From: the human T2T-CHM13v2.0 reference genome, Homo sapiens
Assembly (NCBI RefSeq): GCF_009914755.1
Contig: NC_060941.1
Length of the DNA stretch: 64,000 bases
Strand: one strand, 5' to 3'
Shown: in pieces, positions 13,501 to 26,500 of the stretch
Position numbering within the stretch: position 1 is the first letter of the stretch
Layout: every line of letters begins with the position of its first letter
Notes under the pieces: generated by a model
The model's input: only the letters and a program-made list of their open reading frames with translations
The model's database searches: none
What the model was told of the DNA's origin: nothing
Position numbers and translations under genes: made by a program

Positions 13501-16500
13501 AACGGGATAATTTCAGCTAAGTAAACAGAAGCAGTCTCAGAATCTTCTTGTGATGTTTGCATTCAAATCCCAGAATTGAACCTTCCTTTGAAAATTCAGG
13601 TTTGAAACACTCTTTTTGCAGGATCTACAAGTGGATATTCGGACCACTCTGTGGACTTCGATCGAAACGGGTATATCTTCACGTAACATCTAGACAGAAG
13701 CATTCTCAGAAACTTTTCTGTGATGACTGCATTCAACTCACAGAGTTGAACACTCCTTTTGAGAGCGCAGTTTTGAAACTCTCTTTCTCTGGAATCTGCA
13801 AGGGGACATGCAGACCTCTTTGAAGGTTTCGTTGGAAACGGAATCATCTTCACATAAAAATTACACAGAAGCATTCTCAGGAACTCCTTGGTGATGTTTG
13901 TATTCAACTTCCAGAGTTGAACTTTCCTTCGGAAAGAGCAGCTATGAAACACTCTTTTTCTAGAATCTGCAAGTGGACATTGGGAGGGCTGTGAGGTTTG
14001 TGGTGGAAAAGGAAATATCTCCACGTAAATACTAGATAGAAGCCTTCTCAGAAACTACGTTGTGATGATTGCATTCAACTCACGGAGTGGAGCATTCCTA
14101 TTGACAGAGCAGTTTGGAAACACTCTTGTTGTAGAAACTGCTAGTGGATATTTGGAGCGCTTTGAGGCCTATGGTAGTAAAGGGAAGAGCTTCACATAAA
14201 ATCAAGACAGAAGCATTCTCAGAAAATACTTTGTGATGATTGAGTTTAACACACAGAGCTGAACATTACTTTGGATGGAGCAGGTTTGAAACACACTTTC
14301 TATAGAATCTGCGAGTGGATATTTGGACCTCTCTGAGGATTTCGTTGGAAACGGGATAACTGCACCTAACTAAACGGAAGCATTCTCACAAAATTCTTCG
14401 TGATGTTTGCATTCAAATCCCAGAGTTGAACCTTCCTTTGATAGTTCAGCTTTGAAACACTCTTTTTGTTGGATCTGCAAGTGGATATTTGGACCACTCT
14501 TTGGCCTTCCTTCGAAACGGGTACATCTTCATATAAAATCTAGACAGAAGCCTTCTCAGAAACTTCTCTGTGATGATTGCATTCAACTGAAGGCGTTGAA
14601 CCCTCCTATGGATAGGGCAGTTTTGAATCTCTCTTTTTGTGGAATCTGCAAGTGGATATGTGGTCCTCTTTGAAGATGTCTTTGGAAACGGGAATATCTT
14701 CACATAAAAACTAAACAGAAGCATTCTCATAAACTTCTCTGTGATGTTTGTGTCCAAATCACAGAGTTTCACGTTGCTTTTCATAGAGCAGATGAGAAAC
14801 ATGCTTTTCGTAGGGTCTGCAAGTGGACATTTGGAGAGATTTCAGGCCTGTGGTGGAAAACGAATTATCGTCACGTAAAAACTAGAGGGAAGCATTGTCA
14901 GAAACTTGTTTGTGATGACTGCATTCAACTCACAGAGTTGAAGGTTCCTTTTCAAACAGCAGTTTCCAAACACTCTTTCTGTGGCATCTGCAAGTGGATG
15001 TTTGGGCCTCTTTGAAGATTTCGTTGGAAACGGGATAATCTTCACAGAAAAGCTAAACAGAAGCATTCTCAGAAACTTCTTTGTGATGTTTGCTTTCAAC
15101 TCACAGAGTTGAACTTTCCTTTTGAGAGAGAAGCTTTGAAACACTCTTTTTCTAGAATCTGCAAGTGGATATTTGGAGGGCTTTGAGGCCTGTGGTGGAA
15201 AAGGAATTATCTTCCCGTAAGAACTAGATAGATGCATTCTCAGAAACTACTTTGTGACGATTGCATTCAAGTCACAGAGGTGAACATTCCCTTTCAGAGA
15301 GCACTTTGGAAACTCTCTTTGTGTAGAATCTGCAAGTGGAGATATGGACCGCTTTGAGGCCTATGGTAGTAAAGGAAACAGCTTCATATAAAAACTAGAC
15401 AGCAGCATTCTCAGAAAACTCTTTCTGACGACTGAGTGTAACTCACAGGGTTGAACATTCCTTTGGATGGAGCAGTTTGGAAACACACTATCTGTAAGAT
15501 CTGCAAGCGGATACTTGGGCCTCTCTGAGGATTTCGTTGGAAACGGGATAAACCGCACAGAACTAAACAGAAGCATTCTCAGAACCTTCTTCGTGACGTT
15601 TGCATTCAACCCACAGTGTTGAACCTTTCTTTGATAGTTCAGGTTTGAAACACTCTTTTTGTAGAAACTGCAAGTGGATAACTGCACTTCTTTGAGGCCT
15701 ATCGTAGTAAAGGAAATAACTTCCTATAAAAACAAGACAGTAGCTTTCTCAGAAAATTCTCTGGGATGATTGAGTTGAACTCACAGAGCAGTACTTTCCT
15801 TGGGATGGAGTAGTTTCGAAACACACTTTCTGTAGAATCTGCAAGTGGATATTTGGACCTGTCTGAGGAATTCGTTGCAAACGGGATAATTTCAGCTAAG
15901 TAAACAGAAGCAGTCTCAGAATCTTCTTGTGATGTTTGCATTCAAATCCCAGAATTGAACCTTCCTTTGAAAGTTCAGGTTGGAAACACTCTTTTTGCAG
16001 GATCTACAAGTGGATATTCGGACCACTCTGTGGACTTCGTTCGAAACGGGTATATCTTCACATAACATCTAGACAGAAGCATTCTCAGAAACTTTTCTGT
16101 GATGACTGCATTCAACTCACAGAGTTGAACACTCCTTTTGAGAGCGCAGTTTTGAAACTCTCTTTCTCTGGAATCTGCAAAGGGACATGCAGACCTCTTT
16201 GAAGGTTTCGTTGGAAACGGAATCATCTTCACATAAAAATTACACAGAAGCATTCTCAGGAACTCCTTGGTGATGTTTGTATTCAACTTCCAGAGTTGAA
16301 CTTTCCTTCGGAAAGAGCAGCTATGAAACACTCTTTTTCTAGAATCTGCAAGTGGACATTGGGAGGGCTGTGAGGTTTGTGGTGGAAAAGGAAATATCTC
16401 CACGTAAATACTAGATAGAAGCCTTCTCAGAAACTACTTTGTGATGATTGCATTCACCTCACAGAGTGGAGCATTCCTATTGACAGAGCAGTTTGGAAAC

Positions 16501-17599
16501 ACTCTTGTTGTAGAATCTGCTAGTGGAGATTTGGAGCGCTTTGAGGCCTATGGTAGTAAAGGGAAGAGCTTCACATAAAATCAAGACAGAAGCATTCTCA
16601 GAAAATACTTTGTGATGATTGAGTTTAACACACAGAGCTGAACATTCCTTTGGATGGAGCAGGTTTGAAACACACTTTCTATAGAATCTGCGAGTGGATA
16701 TTTGGACCTCTCTGAGGATTTCGTTGGAAACGGGATAACTGCACCTAACTAAACGGTAGCATTCTCACAAAATTCTTCGTGATGTTTGCATTCAAATCCC
16801 AGAGTTGAACCTTCCTTTGATAGTTCAGGTTTGAAACACTCTTTTTGTAGGATCTGCAAGTGGATATTTGGACCACTCTTTGGCCTTCCTTCGAAACGGG
16901 TACATCTTCAAATAAAATCTAGACAGAAGCCTTCTCAGAAACTTCTCTGGGATGATTGCATTCAACTTTGAGTTGAACCCTGCTATGGATAGAGCAGTTT
17001 AGAATCTCTCTTTTTGTGGAATCTGCAAGTGGATATGTCGTCCTCCTTGAAGATGTCTTTGGAAACGGGAATATCTTCACATAAAAACTAAACAGAAGCA
17101 TTCTCAGAAACTTCTCTGTGATGTTTGTGTTCAAATCACAGAGTTTCACGTTGCTTTTCATAGAGCAGATGAGAAACATGCTTTTCGTAGGGTCTGCAAG
17201 TGGACATTTGGAGAGATTTCAAGCCTGTGGTGGAAAACGAATTATCGTCACGTAAAAACTAGAGGGAAGCATTGTCAGAAACTTGTTTGTGATGACTGCA
17301 TTCAACTCACAGAGTTGAAGGTTCCTTTTCAAACAGCAGTTTCCAAACACTCTTTCTGTGGCATCTGCAAGTGGATGTTTGGGCCTCTTTGAAGATTTCG
17401 TTGGAAAAGGGATAATCTTCACAGAAAAGCTAAACAGAAGCATTCTCAGAAACCTCTTTTTGATGTTTGCTTTCAACTCACAGAGTTGAACTTTCCTTTT
17501 GAGAGAGAAGCTTTGAAACACTCTTTTTCTAGAATCTGCAAGTGGATATTTGGAGGGCTTTGAGGACTGTGGTGGAAAAGGAATTATCTTCCCGTTAGA

Positions 17600-20500
17600 A
17601 CTAGATAGATGCATTCTCAGAAACTACTTTGTGACGATTGCATTCAAGTCACAGAGGTGAACATTCCCTTTCACAGAGCACTTTGGAAACTCTCGTTGTG
17701 TAGAATCTGCAAGTGGAGATATGGACCGCTTTGAGGCCTACGGCAGTAAAGGAAACAGCTTCATATAAAAACTAGACAGCAGCATTCTCAGAAAACTCTT
17801 TCTGACGACTGAGTGTAACTCACAGGGTTGAACATTCCTTTTGATGGAGCAGTTTGGAAACACACTATCTGTAAGATCTGCAAGCGGATACTTGGGCCTC
17901 TCTGAGGATTTCGTTGGAAACGGGATAAACCGCACAGAACTAAACAGAAGCATTCTCAGAACCTTCTTCGTGACGTTTGCATTCAACCCACAGTGTTGAA
18001 CCTTTCTTTGATAGTTCAGGTTTGAAACACTCTTTTTGTAGAAAGTGCAAGAGTATAACTGCACTTCTTTGAGGCCTATCGTAGTAAAGGAAATAACTTC
18101 CTATAAAAACAAGACAGAAGCTTTCTCAAAAAATTCTCTCAGATGATTCAGTTGAACTCACAGAGCAGTACTTTCCTTGGGATGGAGTAGTTTCGAAACA
18201 CACTTTCTGTAGAATCTGCAAGTGGATATTTGGACCTGTCTGAGGAATTCTTTGCCAAAGGCATAATTTCAGCTAAGTAAACAGAAGCAGTCTCAGAATC
18301 TTCTTGTGATGTTTGCATTCAAATCCCAGAATTGAACCTTCCTTTGAAAGTTCAGGTTTGAAACACTCTTTTTGCAGGATCTACAAGTGGATATTCGGAC
18401 CACTCTGTGGACTTCGATCGAAACGGGTATATCTTCACATAACATCTACACAGAAGCATTCTCAGAAACTTTTCTGTGATGACTGCATTCAACTCACAGA
18501 GTTGAACACTCCTTTTGAGAGCGCAGTTTTGAAACTCTCTTTCTCTGGAATCTGCAAGGGGACATGCAGACCTCTTTGAAGGTTTCGTTGGAAACGGAAT
18601 CATCTTCACATAAAAATTACACAGAAGCATTCTCAGGAACTCCTTGGTGATGTTTGTATTCAACTTCCAGAGTTGAACTTTCCTTCGGAAAGAGCAGCTA
18701 TGAAACACCCTTTTTCTAGAATCTGCAAGTGGACATTGGGAGGGCTGTGAGGTTTGTGGTGGAAAAGGAAATATCTCCACATAAATACTAGATAGAAGCC
18801 TTCTCAGAAACTACCTTGTGATGATTGCATTCACCTCACAGAGTTGAGCATTCCTATTGACAGAGCAGTTTGGAAACACTCTTGTTGTAGAATCTGCTAG
18901 TGGAAATTTGGAGCGCTTTGAGGCCTATGGTAGTAAAGGGAAAAGCTTCACATAAAATCTAGACAGAAGCATTCTCAGAAAATACTTTGTGATGATTGAG
19001 TTTAACACACAGAGCTGAACATTCCTTTGGATGGAGAAGGTTTGAAACACACTTTCTGTAGAATCTGCGAGTGGATATTTGGACCTCTCTGAGGATTTTT
19101 TTGGAAACGGGATAACTGCACCTAACTAAACGGAAGCATTCTCACAAAATTCTTCGTGATGTTTGCATTCAAATCCCAGAGTTGAACCTTCCTTTGATAG
19201 TTCAGCTTTGAAACACTCTTTTTGTAGGATCTGCAAGTGGATATTTGGACCACTCTTTGGCCTTCCTTCGAAACGGGTACATCTTCATATAAAATCTAGA
19301 CAGAAGCCTTCTCAGAAACTTCTCTGTGATGATTGCATTCAACTCAAGGCGTTGAACCCTCCTATGGATAGGGCAGTTTTGAATCTCTCTTTTTGTGGAA
19401 TCTGCAAGTGGATATGTGGTCCTCTTTGAAGATGTCTTTGGAAACGGGAATATCTTCACATAAAAACTAAACAGAAGCATTCTCAGAAACTTCTCTGTGA
19501 TGTTTGTGTCCAAATCACAGAGTTTCACGTTGCTTTTCATAGAGCAGATGAGAAACATGCTTTTCGTAGGGTCTGCAAGTGGACATTTGGAGAGATTTCA
19601 AGCCTGTGGTGGAAAACGAATTATCGTCACGTAAAAACTAGAGGGAAGCGTTGTCAGAAACTTGTTTGTGATGACTGCATTCAACTCACAGAGTTGAAGG
19701 TTCCTTTTCAAACAGCAGTTGCCAAACACTCTTTCTGTGGCATCTGAAAGTGGATGTTTGGGCCTCTTTGAAGATTTCGTTGGAAACGGGATAATCTTCA
19801 CAGAAAAGCTAAACAGAAGCATTCTCAGAAACTTCTTTGTGATGTTTGCTTTCAACTCACAGAGTTGAACTTTCCTTTTGAGAGAGAAGCTTTGAAACAC
19901 TCTTTTTCTAGAATCTGCAAGTGGATATTTGGAGGGCTTTGAGGCCTGAGGTGGAAAAGGAATTATCTTCCCGTAAGAACTAGATAGATGCATTCTCAGA
20001 AACTACTTTGTGACGATTGCATTCAAGTCACAGAGGTGAACATTCCCTTTCACAGGGCACTTTGGAAACTCTCGTTGTGTAGAATCTGCAAGTGGTGATA
20101 TGGACCGCTTTGAGGCCTATGGTATTAAAGGAAACAGCTTCATATAAAAACTAGACAGCAGCATTCTCAGAAAACTCTTTGTGACGACTGAGTTTAACTC
20201 ACAGGGCTGAACATTCCTTTGAATGGAGCAGTTTGGAAACACACTACCTGTAGGATCTGCAAGCGGATACTTGGGCCTCCCTGAGGATTTCGTTGGAAAC
20301 GGAATAAACCGCACAGAACTAAACAGAAGCATTCTCAGAACCTTCTTCGTGACGTTTGCATTCAACCCACAGTGTTGAACCTTTCTTTGACAGTTCAGGT
20401 TTGAAACACTCTTTTTGTAGAAACTGCAAGTGGATAACTGCACTTCTTTGAGGCCTATCTTAGTAAAGGAAATAACTTCCTATAAAAACAAGACAGAAGC

Positions 20501-23500
20501 TTTCTCAGAAAATTCTCTGGGATGATTGAGTTGAACTCACAGAGCAGTACTTTCCTTGGGATGGAGTAGTTTCGAAACACACTTTCTGTAGAATCTGCAA
20601 GTGGATATTTGGACCTGTCTGAGGAATTCGTTGCAAAGGGGATAATTTCAGCTAAGTAAACAGAAGCAGTCTCAGAATCTTCTTGTGATGTTTGCATTCA
20701 AATCCCAGAATTGAACCTTCCTCTGAGAGTTCAGGTTGGAAACACTCTTTTTGCATGATCTACAAGTGGATATTCGGACCACTCTGTGGACTTCGTTCGA
20801 AACGGGTATATCTTCACATAACATCTAGACAGAAGCATTCTCAGAAACTTTTCTGTGATGACTGCATTCAACTCACAGAGTTGAACACTCCTTTTGAGAG
20901 CGCAGTTTTGAAACTCTCTTTCTCTGGAATCTGCAAGGGGACATGCAGACCTCTTTGAAGGTTTCGTTGGAAACGGAATCATCTTCACATAAAAATTACA
21001 CGGAAGCATTCTCAGGAACTCCTTGGTGATGTTTGTATTCAACTTCCAGAGTTGAACTTTCCTTCGGAAAGAGCAGCTATGAAACACTCTTTTTCTAGAA
21101 TCTGCAAGTGGACATTGGGAGGGCTGTGAGGTTTGTGGTGGAAAAGGAAATACCACCACGTAAATACTAGATAGAAGCCTTCTCAGAAACTACGTTGGGA
21201 TGATTGCATTCACCTCACGGAGTGGAGCATTCCTATTGACAGAGCAGTTTGGAAACACTCTTGTTGTAGAATCTGCTAGTGGAGATTTGGAGCGCTTTGA
21301 GGCCTATGGTAGTAAAGGGAAGAGCTTCACATAAAATCTAGACAGAAGCATTCTCAGAAAATACTTTGTGATGATTGAGTTTAACACACAGAGCTGAACA
21401 TTCCTTTGGATGGAGAAGGTTTGAAACACACTTTCTGTAGAATCTGCGAGTGGATATTTGGACCTCTCTGAGGATTTCGTTGGAAACGGGATAACTGCAC
21501 CTAACTAAACGGAAGCATTCTCACAAAATTCTTTGTGATGTTTGCATTCAAATCCCAGAGTTGAACCTTCCTTTGATAGTTCAGCTTTGAAACACTCTTT
21601 TTGTAGGATCTGCAGGTGGATATTTCGACCACTCTTTGGCCTTCGTTCGAAACGGGTACATCTTCAAATAAAATCTAGACAGAAGCCTTCTCAGAAACTT
21701 CTCTGTGACGATTGCATTCAACTCAAAGCGTTGAACCCTCCTATGGATAGAGCAGTTTTGAATCTCTCTTTTTGTGGAATCTGCAAGTGGATATGTGGTC
21801 CTCTTTGAAGATGTCTTTGGAGACGGGAATATCTTCACATAAAAACTAAACAGAAGCATTCTCAGAAACTTCTCTGTGATGTTTGTGTTCAACTCAGAGT
21901 TTCACGTTGCTTTTCATAGAGCAGATGAGAAACATGCTTTTCGTAGGGTCTGCAAGTGGACATTTGGAGAGATTTCAGGCCTGTGGTGGAAAACGAATTA
22001 TCGTCACGTGAAAACTAGAGAGAAGCATTGTCAGAAACTCGTTTGTGATGACTGCATTCAACTCACAGAGTTGAAGGTTCCTTTTCAAACAGCAGTTTCC
22101 AAACACTCTTTCTGTGGCATCTGCAAGTGGATGTTTGGGCCTCTTTGAAGATTTCGTTGGAAACGGGATAATCTTCACAGAAAAGCTAAACAGAAGCATT
22201 CTCAGAAACTTCTTTGTGATGTTTGCTTTCAACTCACAGAGTTGAACTTTCCTTTTGAGAGAGAAGCTTTGAAACACTCTTTTTCTAGAATCTGCAAGTG
22301 GATATTTGGAGGGCTTTGAGGCCTGTGGTGGAAAAGGAATTATCTTCCCGTAAGAACTAGATAGATGCATTCTCAGAAACTACTTTGTGACGATTGCATT
22401 CAAGTCACAGAGGTGAACATTCCCTTTCACAGAGCACTTTGGAAACTCTCGTTGTGTAGAATCTGCAAGTGGAGATATGGACCGCTTTGAGGCCTACGGC
22501 AGTAAAGGAAACAGCTTCATATAAAAACTAGACAGCAGCATTCTCAGAAAACTCTTTCTGACGACTGAGTGTAACTCACAGGGTTGAACATTCCTTTTGA
22601 TGGAGCAGTTTGGAAACACACTATCTGTAAGATCTGCAAGCGGATACTTGGGCCTCTCTGAGGATTTCGTTGGAAACGGGATAAACCGCACAGAACTAAA
22701 CAGAAGCATTCTCAGAACCTTCTTCGTGACGTTTGCATTCAACCCACAGTGTTGAACCTTTCTTTGATAGTTCAGGTTTGAAACACTCTTTTTGTAGAAA
22801 GTGCAAGTGTATAACTGCACTTCTTTGAGGCCTATCGTAGTAAAGGAAATAACTTCCTATAAAAACAAGACAGAAGCTTTCTCAGAAAATTCTCTCAGAT
22901 GATTCAGTTGAACTCACAGAGCAGTACTTTCCTTGGGATGGAGTAGTTTCGAAACACACTTTCTGTAGAATCTGCAAGTGGATATTTGGACCTGTCTGAG
23001 GAATTCTTTGCCAAAGGCATAATTTCAGCTAAGTAAACAGAAGCAGTCTCAGAATCTTCTTGTGATGTTTGCATTCAAATCCCAGAATTGAACCTTCCTT
23101 TGAAAGTTCAGGTTTGAAACACTCTTTTTGCAGGATCTACAAGTGGATATTCGGACCACTCTGTGGACTTCGATCGAAACGGGTATATCTTCACATAACA
23201 TCTACACAGAAGCATTCTCAGAAACTTTTCTGTGATGACTGCATTCAACTCACAGAGTTGAACACTCCTTTTGAGAGCGCAGTTTTGAAACTCTCTTTCT
23301 CTGGAATCTGCAAGGGGACATGCAGACCTCTTTGAAGGTTTCGTTGGAAACGGAATCATCTTCACATAAAAATTACACAGAAGCATTCTCAGGAACTCCT
23401 TGGTGATGTTTGTATTCAACTTCCAGAGTTGAACTTTCCTTCGGAAAGAGCAGCTATGAAACACCCTTTTTCTAGAATCTGCAAGTGGACATTGGGAGGG

Positions 23501-26500
23501 CTGTGAGGTTTGTGGTGGAAAAGGAAATATCTCCACATAAATACTAGATAGAAGCCTTCTCAGAAACTACCTTGTGATGATTGCATTCACCTCACAGAGT
23601 TGAGCATTCCTATTGACAGAGCAGTTTGGAAACACTCTTGTTGTAGAATCTGCTAGTGGAAATTTGGAGCGCTTTGAGGCCTATGGTAGTAAAGGGAAAA
23701 GCTTCACATAAAATCTAGACAGAAGCATTCTCAGAAAATACTTTGTGATGATTGAGTTTAACACACAGAGCTGAACATTCCTTTGGATGGAGAAGGTTTG
23801 AAACACACTTTCTGTAGAATCTGCGAGTGGATATTTGGACCTCTCTGAGGATTTTTTTGGAAACGGGATAACTGCACCTAACTAAACGGAAGCATTCTCA
23901 CAAAATTCTTCGTGATGTTTGCATTCAAATCCCAGAGTTGAACCTTCCTTTGATAGTTCAGCTTTGAAACACTCTTTTTGTAGGATCTGCAAGTGGATAT
24001 TTGGACCACTCTTTGGCCTTCCTTCGAAACGGGTACATCTTCATATAAAATCTAGACAGAAGCCTTCTCAGAAACTTCTCTGTGATGATTGCATTCAACT
24101 CAAGGCGTTGAACCCTCCTATGGATAGGGCAGTTTTGAATCTCTCTTTTTGTGGAATCTGCAAGTGGATATGTGGTCCTCTTTGAAGATGTCTTTGGAAA
24201 CGGGAATATCTTCACATAAAAACTAAACAGAAGCATTCTCAGAAACTTCTCTGTGATGTTTGTGTCCAAATCACAGAGTTTCACGTTGCTTTTCATAGAG
24301 CAGATGAGAAACATGCTTTTCGTAGGGTCTGCAAGTGGACATTTGGAGAGATTTCAAGCCTGTGGTGGAAAACGAATTATCGTCACGTAAAAACTAGAGG
24401 GAAGCGTTGTCAGAAACTTGTTTGTGATGACTGCATTCAACTCACAGAGTTGAAGGTTCCTTTTCAAACAGCAGTTGCCAAACACTCTTTCTGTGGCATC
24501 TGAAAGTGGATGTTTGGGCCTCTTTGAAGATTTCGTTGGAAACGGGATAATCTTCACAGAAAAGCTAAACAGAAGCATTCTCAGAAACTTCTTTGTGATG
24601 TTTGCTTTCAACTCACAGAGTTGAACTTTCCTTTTGAGAGAGAAGCTTTGAAACACTCTTTTTCTAGAATCTGCAAGTGGATATTTGGAGGGCTTTGAGG
24701 CCTGAGGTGGAAAAGGAATTATCTTCCCGTAAGAACTAGATAGATGCATTCTCAGAAACTACTTTGTGACGATTGCATTCAAGTCACAGAGGTGAACATT
24801 CCCTTTCACAGGGCACTTTGGAAACTCTCGTTGTGTAGAATCTGCAAGTGGTGATATGGACCGCTTTGAGGCCTATGGTATTAAAGGAAACAGCTTCATA
24901 TAAAAACTAGACAGCAGCATTCTCAGAAAACTCTTTGTGACGAGTGAGTTTAACTCACAGGGCTGAACATTCCTTTGAATGGAGCAGTTTGGAAACACAC
25001 TACCTGTAGGATCTGCAAGCGGATACTTGGGCCTCCCTGAGGATTTCGTTGGAAACGGAATAAACCACACAGAACTAAACAGAAGCATTCTCAGAACCTC
25101 CTTCGTGACGTTTGCATTCAACCCACAGTGTTGAACCTTTCTTTGACAGTTCAGGTTTGAAACACTCTTTTTGTAGAAACTGCAAGTGGATAACTGCACT
25201 TCTTTGAGGCCTATCTTAGTAAAGGAAATAACTTCCTATAAAAACAAGACAGAAGCTTTCTCAGAAAATTCTCTGGGATGATTGAGTTGAACTCACAGAG
25301 CAGTACTTTCCTTGGGATGGAGTAGTTTCGAAACACACTTTCTGTAGAATCTGCAAGTGGATATTTGGACCTGTCTGAGGAATTCGTTGCAAAGGGGATA
25401 ATTTCAGCTAAGTAAACAGAAGCAGTCTCAGAATCTTCTTGTGATGTTTGCATTCAAATCCCAGAATTGAACCTTCCTCTGAGAGTTCAGGTTGGAAACA
25501 CTCTTTTTGCATGATCTACAAGTGGATATTCGGACCACTCTGTGGACTTCGTTCGAAACGGGTATATCTTCACATAACATCTAGACAGAAGCATTCTCAG
25601 AAACTTTTCTGTGATGACTGCATTCAACTCACAGAGTTGAACACTCCTTTTGAGAGCGCAGTTTTGAAACTCTCTTTCTCTGGAATCTGCAAGGGGACAT
25701 GCAGACCTCTTTGAAGGTTTCGTTGGAAACGGAATCATCTTCACATAAAAATTACACAGAAGCATTCTCAGGAACTCCTTGGTGATGTTTGTATTCAACT
25801 TCCAGAGTTGAACTTTCCTTCGGAAAGAGCAGCTATGAAACACTCTTTTTCTAGAATCTGCAAGTGGACATTGGGAGGGCTGTGAGGTTTGTGTTGGAAA
25901 AGGAAATACCACCACGTAAATACTAGATAGAAGCCTTCTCAGAAACTACGTTGGGATGATTGCATTCACCTCACGGAGTGGAGCATTCCTATTGACAGAG
26001 CAGTTTGGAAACACTCTTGTTGTAGAATCTGCTAGTGGAGATTTGGAGCGCTTTGAGGCCTATGGTAGTAAACGGAAGAGCTTCACATAAAATCTAGACA
26101 GAAGCATTCTCAGAAAATACTTTGTGATGATTGAGTTTAACACACAGAGCTGAACATTCCTTTGGATGGAGAAGGTTTGAAACACACTTTCTGTAGAATC
26201 TGCGAGTGGATATTTGGACCTCTCTGAGGATTTCGTTGGAAACGGGATAACTGCACCTAACTAAACGGAAGCATTCTCACAAAATTCTTTGTGATGTTTG
26301 CATTCAAATCCCAGAGTTGAACCTTCCTTTGATAGTTCAGCTTTGAAACACTCTTTTTGTAGGATCTGCAGGTGGATATTTCGACCACTCTTTGGCCTTC
26401 GTTCGAAACGGGTACATCTTCAAATAAAATCTAGACAGAAGCCTTCTCAGAAACGTCTCTGTGACGATTGCATTCAACTCAAAGCGTTGAACCCTCCTAT

